Shown: positions 19,495-28,179 of the stretch, piece by piece | Position numbering within the stretch: position 1 is the first letter of the stretch | Layout: each line of letters starts with the position of its first letter | Assembly: GCA_041613315.1 (NCBI GenBank) | Contig: JBFJHJ010000007.1 | Span: 25,759 to 89,758, forward strand | DNA length: 64,000 nucleotides | Source: Gemmatimonadales bacterium | Lineage (GTDB): Bacteria; Gemmatimonadota; Gemmatimonadetes; Gemmatimonadales; GWC2-71-9 | Direction of reading: 5' to 3' | Made by a program: the position numbers and the translations under genes | The notes under the pieces: generated by a model | What the model was told of the DNA's origin: nothing | The model's input: only the letters and a program-made list of their open reading frames with translations | Databases searched by the model: none

Positions 19495-20595
19495 TCACAC
19501 GTTGAACCGGAACAGCAGCACGTCGCCGTCCTGCACCACGTACTCCCGCCCCTCACTCCGCAGCAGCCCCTCCTCTCTGGCCGCCTTATAGGACCCCGCC
19601 CGGACGAAGTCCTCGTGCGGCACCGTCTCCGCTCGAATGAAGCCGCGCTGGAAATCGGAGTGGATCTCCCCGGCGGCGTCGTACGCCGTCTCGCCTCTGG
19701 GGATGGTCCACGCACGCACTTCGTTGTCGCCGACCGTGAAGAACGTCTCGAGGCCCAGGAGCCGGTAGCTGGCGTGGATCAGCCGGTCCAGCCCCGGCTC
19801 CTCAACGCCGGCGCTCGCCAGGAACTCGGCCCGCTCCGCCGGCGCGAGCTCCGCCAACTCCTCCTCGAACCGGGCCGAGAAGGGCACGACGTCCGCCAGC
19901 TCGTGGTGCTCCCGCGCGGCGCGGCGGAGCACCTCGACGGCCGGGCCGCCACCCGACGCCAGGTCGGCCTCGTTCACGTTGGCGGCGTACAGCACCGGCT
20001 TGGCGGTGAGAATCCCGAGCTGGCGCAGCTGGCGCAACTCGGCGAGGGTGCCGGCCGCCTCTCGGGCCCCGCGCCCGGCGTTCAGCTCCGTCTCGACGCG
20101 CTCGAGGAACGCCACTTCCGCCTGATGGTCCTTGTTCCCGCTGCGGGCCGTCTTGCGGATCTTCTCGAGCCGGCGTTCGATGACGCCGAGGTCCGCCAGG
20201 GCGAGCTCGCTGGTGACGATGTCGTGGTCCCGCTCCGGATCCACGCCCCCGGCCACGTGGGTCACGTCCGGGTCCTCGAAACAGCGGACCACGTGGACGA
20301 TCGCATCCACCTCTCGGATGTGGCCGAGGAACTGGTTGCCCAACCCCTCGCCTTCGCTCGCTCCCGCGACGAGGCCGGCGATATCCACGAATTCCACGAA
20401 CGCCGGGACGACCGCCCGGGGTCGGACCACGTCGGCCAGGCTCGAGAGCCGCGGATCCGGGACGGTCACGACGCCCACGTTGGGCTCGACGGTGCAAAAC
20501 GGATAGTTCTCCGCCGCCGCCCCCGCATTGGTGAGCGCATTGAACAGCGTGGACTTTCCGACGTTGGGGAGGCCGACGATGCCGAGACGGAGCAT
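19495..20595 (-). CDS. ychF: Ribosome-binding ATPase YchF
   Basis: GLPNVGKST, NYPFCT, DIAGL, GEGLGNQFL, IHSDFQRGFIRAE, FRFNV. Confidence 0.97.
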   Translation of the reverse strand: MLRLGIVGLPNVGKSTLFNALTNAGAAAENYPFCTVEPNVGVVTVPDPRLSSLADVVRPRAVVPAFVEFVDIAGLVAGASEGEGLGNQFLGHIREVDAIVHVVRCFEDPDVTHVAGGVDPERDHDIVTSELALADLGVIERRLEKIRKTARSGNKDHQAEVAFLERVETELNAGRGAREAAGTLAELRQLRQLGILTAKPVLYAANVNEADLASGGGPAVEVLRRAAREHHELADVVPFSARFEEELAELAPAERAEFLASAGVEEPGLDRLIHASYRLLGLETFFTVGDNEVRAWTIPRGETAYDAAGEIHSDFQRGFIRAETVPHEDFVRAGSYKAAREEGLLRSEGREYVVQDGDVLLFRFNV

Positions 20596-20604
20596 GGAGA
20601 ATGA

Positions 20605-20690
20605 CGTGAACTGTGATCGGTGAAAAGGGAATGGTGGGCGTGACTCGTGGCGAGCCCACCCGCTTCACTCTTCACTTTTCGCGGTTCACG
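20605..20690. repeat. Long imperfect inverted repeat built of NNGTGAA heptamers
   Basis: CGTGAAC...GTTCACG ends, GGTGGGC/GCCCACC inner stem, 7-nt periodicity on both arms. Confidence 0.7.
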
Positions 20691-20703
20691 CTCCTTTCCG
20701 TGC

Positions 20704-22761
20704 CTACCCGACGAACCACGGAGCCAGCACCAGGCTCACGACGCTCATCAGCTTGATGAGAATGTTCATGCTGGGCCCGCTCGTGTCCTTGAACGGATCC
20801 CCCACGGTGTCACCGACAACCGCTGCTTTGTGCGCGTCCGAGCCTTTGCCGCCGTGGGCGCCGCCCTCGATGTATTTCTTGGCGTTGTCCCATGCCCCGC
20901 CGGCGTTGGCCATGAAGAGGGCGAGCACGACCCCGGTGAGCGTGGCGCCTGCGAGGAGCCCGCCCAGCGTCTCGACCCCGAAGAACCGCCCGACGATCAC
21001 CGGAGCGAGGATTGCGGTCACGCCCGGCAGGATCATCTCGCGGAGCGCCGCCCGCGTCGAGATGTCGACACACCGCGCGCTGTCCGGCTTGGCCGTGCCC
21101 TCCATGAGGCCCGGAATCTCCTTGAACTGCCGGCGGACCTCCTGGACCATCCCTTCCGCGGCGCGGCCCACCGCGGTCATCGTCGCGGCGGCGATGAAGA
21201 ACGGGAGCACCCCGCCCAGGAAGATCCCGATCACCACGCGCGGATTGACGATGTCCAGCACGACCGGCGGCGCGCCCTGGGGCGTCACCGCGTTGGCGTA
21301 GGCGCTGAACAGCGCCAACGCCGTGAGCGCCGCCGACCCGATCGCGAACCCCTTCCCAATCGCCGCCGTCGTGTTGCCCAGCGCGTCCAGACTGTCCGTG
21401 ATTTTCCGGACGTCCGGGCCGAGCCCGCTCATTTCGCTGATGCCGCCTGCGTTGTCCGCGATGGGCCCATAGGCGTCCACCGACATGGTGACGCCCACCG
21501 TGGCCAGCATCCCGACCGCCGCGATCCCGATGCCGTAGAGCCCCGCGCTCGAGTACGCCACGTAGATCCCGCCCGCGATCAGCAGGAGCGGCACCGCAGT
21601 GGACCGCATGCCGATGGCGAGGCCGGAGATGATGTTGGTGGCGGGGCCGGTGAGCGACGCCTTGGCAATGGTCCGGATCGGGCCGGCCGCGGTGTAGTAC
21701 TCCGTGGCCAGTCCGATGAGGATCCCGGCCGCGGTCCCCACCACCACGGCCCAAAACGGCCCCAGCACGTTGGACGTCCCGTCGGCGTGGACGAGGCCGA
21801 TGTCCACCCGCAGGGTGAGCCAATACGCGGCGGCGAGGAACAGGCCGGCCGCGATGAACGTGGCCCAGCGCAGGGCCCCGGCCGGACTCGAGCGTTCCAG
21901 CAGACGGAACAGCCAGATCGCGATCACGCTGGCGGCGAGGCCGACCAGTATGTAGAGCATCGGGAGGGCGACCGCGGCCATCCGTGCCGTGATGAAGGGG
22001 CTGGTGGCGGCGATCGCGATGGTGGCGATCACCGCTCCCACATAGCTCTCGAAGATGTCGGCTCCCATCCCCGCGACGTCGCCGACGTTGTCCCCCACGT
22101 TGTCGGCGATCGTGGCCGGGTTGCGCGGGTCGTCTTCCGGAATCCCGGCCTCGACCTTGCCCACCAGGTCGGCGCCGACATCCGCGGCCTTGGTGTAGAT
22201 GCCCCCGCCCACGCGCGCGAACAGCGCGATGGACGAGGCGCCCATCGCGAACCCGGCGATGATCTCGCTGAACGCCCTCCACGCGGCCTCGGTGTCCGGA
22301 CTCCCCAGGAACGCTCGCATGACGAGTCCGATCCCGAGGAGCCCCAGGCTGGCGACGGAGAGGCCCATGACGGCGCCGCCGTTGAAGGCGATCCGGAGCG
22401 CCAACGCCTGTCCCGAACTCCTCGCGGCCTCGCTCGTTCGGGCGTTCGCCCGTGTCGCCGCCGTCATGCCGAAGAAGCCGGCGAGGATCGAGCAGATCCC
22501 GCCGCCCAAGTACGCGAGCGCCGTGGCCTTCGTGGTGGCCAGCGCGAGGAGCCCGGCCACGACCAGCAGGAACGGCACGAGATAGGAGTACTCCCGGCGG
22601 AGGAACGCCATCGCGCCCGTGTACACCAGCTCCTGGATCTCCTGCATGCGGGCGCTGCCGGCCGGCTGGCGGCGGACGTACCGGTACGTGAGCCAGGCGA
22701 TCAGCAGGCCGAAGCCGCCCGTGGCCGCGGCGGTGAGGGGTACGAAGCTGAAATCGGTCAC
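20704..22761 (-). CDS. hppA: Membrane-bound K+-dependent (likely Na+-translocating) pyrophosphatase
   Basis: [48 protein letters not shown] (Ala = K+-dependent type), [14 protein letters not shown]. Confidence 0.95.
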   Translation of the reverse strand: MTDFSFVPLTAAATGGFGLLIAWLTYRYVRRQPAGSARMQEIQELVYTGAMAFLRREYSYLVPFLLVVAGLLALATTKATALAYLGGGICSILAGFFGMTAATRANARTSEAARSSGQALALRIAFNGGAVMGLSVASLGLLGIGLVMRAFLGSPDTEAAWRAFSEIIAGFAMGASSIALFARVGGGIYTKAADVGADLVGKVEAGIPEDDPRNPATIADNVGDNVGDVAGMGADIFESYVGAVIATIAIAATSPFITARMAAVALPMLYILVGLAASVIAIWLFRLLERSSPAGALRWATFIAAGLFLAAAYWLTLRVDIGLVHADGTSNVLGPFWAVVVGTAAGILIGLATEYYTAAGPIRTIAKASLTGPATNIISGLAIGMRSTAVPLLLIAGGIYVAYSSAGLYGIGIAAVGMLATVGVTMSVDAYGPIADNAGGISEMSGLGPDVRKITDSLDALGNTTAAIGKGFAIGSAALTALALFSAYANAVTPQGAPPVVLDIVNPRVVIGIFLGGVLPFFIAAATMTAVGRAAEGMVQEVRRQFKEIPGLMEGTAKPDSARCVDISTRAALREMILPGVTAILAPVIVGRFFGVETLGGLLAGATLTGVVLALFMANAGGAWDNAKKYIEGGAHGGKGSDAHKAAVVGDTVGDPFKDTSGPSMNILIKLMSVVSLVLAPWFVG

Positions 22762-23339
22762 TCTTCCGTTCCTCGTCGGTTGAAGCGGTTCATGGCCTCG
22801 TCCACGCCCTCGACGATCCAGCACTCGACCGCGTCGGCCAGCGCGGGCAGCAGGTCCACCAGGGCCACCTGTTCGTCGCGCGTGAAGGGCTCGAGCAGCC
22901 ACTCGGCCTGATCGTTGATCCCCTCCGGCCGCGGCCCCACACCGATGCGGAGCCGGGCGTACTCCGTCGAGCCGACGGCCTCCTCGACGGACACGAGGCC
23001 GTTGTGGCCCCCCGCCGAGCCCCGGGCTCGCACCCGAAAGGTGCCCATCGGCAGCGCGATGTCGTCTACGAGGACGAGGAGGTCGTGCGCCGGCTGGAGA
23101 CCGCCGGGCACGAGCAGGGGCCGCAGGGCGGCCCCGCTACGATTCATGTAGGTTTGGGGCTTGAGGAGCAGTACGTCCCGGCTCCCCACCGTTCCCTCCG
23201 TGACCAGCGCGCGGTCCCGCGCCCGAAACGGCGGGAACTCCCAGTGGTCGGCCAGACTGTCCGCCAGCAGAAAGCCCGCGTTGTGGCGGGTGATCGCGTA
23301 GCGGGGACCGGGATTGCCCAGCGCGACCACGGCGCGCAC
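22758..23339 (-). CDS. pth: Peptidyl-tRNA hydrolase
   Basis: [37 protein letters not shown]. Confidence 0.97.
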   Translation of the reverse strand: MRAVVALGNPGPRYAITRHNAGFLLADSLADHWEFPPFRARDRALVTEGTVGSRDVLLLKPQTYMNRSGAALRPLLVPGGLQPAHDLLVLVDDIALPMGTFRVRARGSAGGHNGLVSVEEAVGSTEYARLRIGVGPRPEGINDQAEWLLEPFTRDEQVALVDLLPALADAVECWIVEGVDEAMNRFNRRGTEE

Positions 23340-23342
23340 GGG

Positions 23343-24011
23343 CTAGTCCTCGGTTTCAGACTCGTCCGCGGCTTCCTCCTCGTCCTTCGGCTTCCGAATG
23401 AGCTCGGGCTCCGCCGGCTCCTCGGCGACGACCTCGGCCGGCGGCTCTTCCTCCACCCGCGGCGGAACGACCGTGCAGATCGTCGTCTCGGGGTCGTCCA
23501 GGATCCGGACGCCCGGGAGCTGCACGTCCGAAACGTGGAGGGAATGCCCCACGGCGAGATCGGTCACATCGAGCACGACGCGCGCCGGGATGTCCGTCGG
23601 CAGCACTTCGATCTCCAGTTCCCGGAGGAACTGCTCCAGCACACCGCCGCTGTTCCGCACGCCCTCGGGCGAGCCCTCGAGGTGGATCGGCACGCCGAGG
23701 GTGATCTTCTCGCCGGCGTGCACCTCGTAGAAGTCCACGTGCAGGATGTCTTTGCGGGTGGGGTGCCGCTGGATCTCGCGAATCAGCGTCTTGACCGCCG
23801 CGCCGTCCACCGCCAGGTCGATCACCACGCTCTCGGCCGCGATGCCGATCAGGGCGCGGTCGAGCTCTTGGGCGATCACCGTCAGCGGCTCCGGCTCCCG
23901 GCCGTGTCCGTAGATGACCGCGGGCACCTTGCCCGCGCGCCGGAGCTGCCGAGCCCCACCCTTGCCGGTGGTGCGGCGCCGCTCCGCGTTGATCGTGACT
24001 GTCTGGGCCAT
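23343..24011 (-). CDS. rplY: 50S ribosomal protein L25/Ctc
   Basis: GKGGARQLRR.GKVPAVIYG, HVDFY, acidic tail. Confidence 0.95.
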   Translation of the reverse strand: MAQTVTINAERRRTTGKGGARQLRRAGKVPAVIYGHGREPEPLTVIAQELDRALIGIAAESVVIDLAVDGAAVKTLIREIQRHPTRKDILHVDFYEVHAGEKITLGVPIHLEGSPEGVRNSGGVLEQFLRELEIEVLPTDIPARVVLDVTDLAVGHSLHVSDVQLPGVRILDDPETTICTVVPPRVEEEPPAEVVAEEPAEPELIRKPKDEEEAADESETED

Positions 24012-24088
24012 CGGTACGTTTCCTCTTCTTCCGCGGTCAGCATTCGTTGTTCGCCGTCCACACGGCAGCGTGCTGGCGGCTGGTGGCG

Positions 24089-25042
24089 TCAATCAAACAG
24101 CGAGCTCACCGACTGATCGCTGTGGGTGAAACGGATCGCCTGCGCAAAGAGCGGGGCGATCGACAACACCTTCAGCCGCTCGAAGCGCCGCTCCTCCGGG
24201 AGGCGGATCGTGTTCGCCACGGCGACCTCGGTGACGGGACAGGCCGTCAACCGATCGACGGCGGGGCCCGACAGCAGCGCGTGCGTGGCGCAGCAGAACA
24301 CCTCCCGCGCGCCGAGGCGCTTGAGCGCCGTCGCCGCCTCCGCCATCGTGCCGGCCGTGTCGATCATGTCGTCCACGATCAGGCAGTCCCGGCCTTCGAC
24401 CTCACCCACGACGTTCACGATCTCGGCGATGTTCGCCGAGGGGCGCCGCTTGTCGATGATCGCCAGCGACGCATCGAGCCGCTTGGCGAACCCCCGCGCC
24501 ATCTTGGCCGCCCCCACGTCGGGCGCCACGATCACCGGCTGCCGGAGCCCCTTGTGCCGGTAATGCTGGACGAGCACGGGCGCCGCATACAGGTGGTCCA
24601 CCGGGATGTCGAAGAACCCTTGAATCTGATGCTGGTGGAAATCCATTCCCAGCACCCGCTCCGCTCCCGCCGTCGTGATCAGGTTCGCCATCAGCTTCGC
24701 GCTGATCGCCACCCGCGGCTGGTCCTTGCGGTCCTGCCGCGCGTACCCGAAGTACGGGATCACCGCCGTGATCCGGGCCGCGCTCGCCCGCTTGGCGGCG
24801 TCGATCAGGAGCAGCAGCTCCAGCAGGTTCTCCGCCGGCGGGTTCGTGGGCTGGATGATGAATACATCCTGCCCCCGCACGTTCTCGTCGATCTTGACGA
24901 AGATCTCGCCATCGGCGAACCGCCGGATCGTCACGTGACACAGCGGCTGATGCAGCGCCCCGGCGATCTCCTCGGCCAACGGGCGGTGGGCCGTCCCGGC
25001 CAGGAGAAGCATCTTACTGCTCGCGAGGGAGATCTCGGCCAT
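24089..25042 (-). CDS. prs: Ribose-phosphate pyrophosphokinase
   Basis: FADGE, PYFGYARQDRK, QIQGFF, VDDMIDTAGT, SVSSLF. Confidence 0.97.
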   Translation of the reverse strand: MAEISLASSKMLLLAGTAHRPLAEEIAGALHQPLCHVTIRRFADGEIFVKIDENVRGQDVFIIQPTNPPAENLLELLLLIDAAKRASAARITAVIPYFGYARQDRKDQPRVAISAKLMANLITTAGAERVLGMDFHQHQIQGFFDIPVDHLYAAPVLVQHYRHKGLRQPVIVAPDVGAAKMARGFAKRLDASLAIIDKRRPSANIAEIVNVVGEVEGRDCLIVDDMIDTAGTMAEAATALKRLGAREVFCCATHALLSGPAVDRLTACPVTEVAVANTIRLPEERRFERLKVLSIAPLFAQAIRFTHSDQSVSSLFD

Positions 25043-25179
25043 AAGAGCGTTGGAAGATACTTGGCCGAAGGCGGTAGGCCAAGTTGCCCCCCACGGCGCC
25101 CTTACGGGCCACGGGCCGGTTGGGCATATTGGCGTCGGCCGGCAGCCGCTGACGCCGTTTCGAGCCCTGGAGGACCTGC

Positions 25180-25410
25180 ATGCCCGACCGGACCACGTTC
25201 GCGCCGTTCTCACCCGGTGAAGCCGCCGCGCTGCGGTCCGCGCTCCAGGCGGGCGACCCGCTCCGGTGCCCGCGCTGCGGCACGGCGATGGCCGCCGACC
25301 AGCCGCTCCCCAGCGCCGGCACGGTCGAGCTGGTCTGGCTGATCCGCTGCGGCGAGTGCCGACGCGGCCTCACGGTCGCCGATGCCGCGCGCGGGCCGGC
25401 CGGTCGCTGA
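25180..25410 (+). CDS. Small zinc-ribbon protein
   Basis: GGAGG RBS; CPRC...CGEC. Confidence 0.65.
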   Translation: MPDRTTFAPFSPGEAAALRSALQAGDPLRCPRCGTAMAADQPLPSAGTVELVWLIRCGECRRGLTVADAARGPAGR

Positions 25411-25416
25411 CGACGC

Positions 25417-25707
25417 TCAGCGCTCGATCAGCGACGCGTATTGCGGGTGGCGCTCGATGACGTACGTCACGAACGGGCACGTGGCAATGACCTGGTAGCC
25501 GTGGTCCTGCGCGTAGTCGAGCCCCCGCCGCACGAGCCGCTCGCCGATGCCGCGGCCGCGCCACGTCAGAGGCACGAAAGTGCGCACGAAGTCGAGGGTG
25601 CGCTCCGTCACGCGCTCGTATTGCAGCTCGGCGTCCTCGCCATCTCGCGACGCCACGAACCGGCGGCGCGCCGTGTCATGACGGATCTCCACGTCCATCA
25701 CGTCCAT
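25417..25707 (-). CDS. Small GNAT acetyltransferase (YjdJ-like)
   Basis: RRF, TFVP..WRGRGIG..LV, IATCPFV. Confidence 0.85.
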   Translation of the reverse strand: MDVMDVEIRHDTARRRFVASRDGEDAELQYERVTERTLDFVRTFVPLTWRGRGIGERLVRRGLDYAQDHGYQVIATCPFVTYVIERHPQYASLIER

Positions 25708-26067
25708 CGCCCTCTCCGCTCGTCAGGGGTCGGCCGTTCGCGTCCAGCGGCGCGGGCGCGCTGCGGCGGCGACCGCTCCGGCCGGTCCGCTCTGCCTCCG
25801 TGGTCGCGCCCGCAATGTAGAATGAAAGGCCCCACCGCGCTGTTCCATCCGGTTCGCGCGGCGCGTCGACGGTGCGCGTCGCGTTACCTGAAGACTGCGT
25901 TCGACGTCTGAACATCGTGTCGCACGTCGCATTGTGACCTACGGCACGGCCTCCCCTCTGAGGCCGTGAGACGTTAGGACCGTACGCAACCATACATCCG
26001 ACAGTGCGGCGGCGACGGCGCCGAAAGCGCGCCGTCGCGCCGACTTGCTCCGTAAGGAGGGGCGCGC

Positions 26068-27342
26068 ATGTTCGAGGCGATCCAGTCATTCCTTCCCACC
26101 GAGTGGCAGCGCACGGCCGAGTTCGTGGGCGCGCCCGTGTGGTGGATCCCCGAGTGGCAAGGCGTCGTCCTGGGCTTCACCCTCTCCGGCGCTTCGGCGG
26201 CGGAGATCGCGCTCAAGACCGTCTTCCTGCTACTCCCGATCTTGGTGGTCGTTGTCGGCATGTGGATCACCATGGTGTCGTTGTATACACTCCCCTTCCG
26301 ATCGGAACGTGGCCGATACGTGACGGTGGTGGCGATGTCGTGGTGGGATGCGGGGCGGAGCATCTGGTTCTTCTGGGCCGGCGTCGTGCGCGTGTTCGTC
26401 GTGCTCGTGGGCTGGGTTTGGGGCCTGCTCAAGCTGACGGTGCGCTACATCGTGGGGATGGTGAAGGGCACGGTCAACTCGCCTTTTGTCCTCCTCGACT
26501 GGACGTCGCGCCGCTACTTCAAGCCGGGCGTGCCGTGGATCGCCTTCCTGCTGACCCTGCTGTGGTCGGCGCTCGAGGCCACGATCTTCACGTACACCCT
26601 GATGCCGACCATGACCGAGGTCCTCGGCGCGATCACGGGGTTCGATCCGAACCGGGCGGTGATGGTGCCGATCCTCTGGATCCTGCTGTTCCTGCTCATC
26701 GCGGGCTCGTTCGCCTGCGTGCAGGTCCTGGCCGACGCCATTCGGCACCGGCATGTGGGCCAACTCGTGCAGATGCTGTTCGTCGAGTTCTTCGTGATGT
26801 TCTTTGAGGTGGTCTTCCTGTATCGCGAGCTGATTGACGCGATCACGCCGTGGATCGCGCAGCAGACAGGCGGTGAGCTGCAGCTCGGGCTCGTGCCCAC
26901 GCTCGCGCTCGCCGCGTTCGGATGGGTCGGCATCCGCGGCATGACCTGGTTCCTGTTCGGCCGCTACGGCACACCGGCGCTGATCGCCGTGCTGTCCCGC
27001 GAAACCATCACGCAGGACGAGCCGCTGTCCGCCAGTCAGATGCCCGTGACGCAGCCGGGGTTGTTCCGCGATGCGATGGCCGCGCTCAAGAGCGAGACCG
27101 CGTGGTTCAAGCAGGAGGCGCGCTATGTGTTCGAGTTGCTCTCGCTGCCGATTCTGCAGCTGTTCGCCGCCGCGGTGAATTTCACCGTCGTCCTCGTTCG
27201 GTCGCGCCCGATCTTCCAGCTGCCGTTCACGGAGCTGGACGAGGTGCTCGCCGCGACGCCGTTCGCCAGCCGGTCGGACGACGGCGGCGGGCGGCGGCGC
27301 GCCAAGTCCGCGCAGCCTGCCAGCGCCGGAGGTGCGATGTGA
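26068..27342 (+). CDS. Uncharacterised polytopic membrane protein
   Basis: AAGGAGG RBS; many hydrophobic helices; good codon usage; no family recognised. Confidence 0.8.
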   Translation: MFEAIQSFLPTEWQRTAEFVGAPVWWIPEWQGVVLGFTLSGASAAEIALKTVFLLLPILVVVVGMWITMVSLYTLPFRSERGRYVTVVAMSWWDAGRSIWFFWAGVVRVFVVLVGWVWGLLKLTVRYIVGMVKGTVNSPFVLLDWTSRRYFKPGVPWIAFLLTLLWSALEATIFTYTLMPTMTEVLGAITGFDPNRAVMVPILWILLFLLIAGSFACVQVLADAIRHRHVGQLVQMLFVEFFVMFFEVVFLYRELIDAITPWIAQQTGGELQLGLVPTLALAAFGWVGIRGMTWFLFGRYGTPALIAVLSRETITQDEPLSASQMPVTQPGLFRDAMAALKSETAWFKQEARYVFELLSLPILQLFAAAVNFTVVLVRSRPIFQLPFTELDEVLAATPFASRSDDGGGRRRAKSAQPASAGGAM

Positions 27343-28091
27343 GCCGGGTCCTTCGCATCGCGGCGGCCGCCGGCGTCCTGGCGGCGGCAGGCTGCGCTCC
27401 GCAGGGTTCGGAGCAGCAGCTCTTCAAGAACACGCTCGTCATGGGCATCGACGTGAGCGGCTCGTTCCGCGCCCACTATGATGAGGCGATCGAGTTCGCC
27501 GCGTACTATCTCTACGGGCACCTGAACGGCCTGGGCGAGCTCCGCCAGCCCACCGCCGTCTTCGTGGGGTCGGTGGGTGGTGAGCGGGCTGGCGAAGTGA
27601 AATCGTTTCACCCGATTCACGACTTCACCGGCAAGAGCGTGCAGCAGATCACCGCCGACCTGCGGAAGTGGTTCCCGGCGGAAGACCGCGTGACCGACTT
27701 CAACACGTTTTTCGACCGCGCCGCCACCATGGTGAAGCGCCAGAACCTGGTGCTCGCCCCGCTCAATATCGTCATCGTGAGCGACGGGGTGCCCGATGTG
27801 CGCGCGGCCCGCGGCGACACGCTCGGGCCGTATCAGCGGCTGAACGTGAGCCCGCTCGAGTACCTGTCCCGGAGCACCACCGTGCGGCTGCTCTACCCGA
27901 CGCCCACAGTGGCGGTCAACTGGGAGCGCGGTGTGGAGCGCCGGCGCGTCCGGCTGTGGACGGTCGACGCACAGGTGATGTCCGGCTGGCGCACCCAGCT
28001 GGTGCCCGGAGCACCACCACAGGCTCAGGACAAGCTGTGGACCTGGATGCACGACAACGTCGACTTCCGGGTTCGAGCACGGATTCTCTAG
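27339..28091 (+). CDS. Lipoprotein with vWA (MIDAS)-like domain
   Basis: GTGA overlap with the upstream gene; lipobox AAGC; DVSGS, TDF, IVIVSDG. Confidence 0.75.
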   Translation: MSRVLRIAAAAGVLAAAGCAPQGSEQQLFKNTLVMGIDVSGSFRAHYDEAIEFAAYYLYGHLNGLGELRQPTAVFVGSVGGERAGEVKSFHPIHDFTGKSVQQITADLRKWFPAEDRVTDFNTFFDRAATMVKRQNLVLAPLNIVIVSDGVPDVRAARGDTLGPYQRLNVSPLEYLSRSTTVRLLYPTPTVAVNWERGVERRRVRLWTVDAQVMSGWRTQLVPGAPPQAQDKLWTWMHDNVDFRVRARIL

Positions 28092-28128
28092 GACAGCGAT
28101 CGGCCATCGCAGGAGGCCGGGAGGACCG

Positions 28129-28170
28129 GGCGGGGGAGACGACGCATCGTCTCCCCCGCCGCGTTTTCTT
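28129..28170 (+). terminator. Intrinsic terminator
   Basis: Perfect 14-bp stem GGCGGGGGAGACGA-cgca-TCGTCTCCCCCGCC followed by GCGTTTTCTT, between convergent genes. Confidence 0.8.
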
Positions 28171-28179
28171 GTCGCCCGG

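Noticed and set aside
15640..22911. Long plus-strand ORFs (15640-17766, 19615-20604, 20647-22911)
   Set aside because: Antisense to well-supported genes; Arg/His-rich shadow composition
25043..25180. tRNA-Gln often found upstream of prs
   Set aside because: No cloverleaf or T-loop sequence visible
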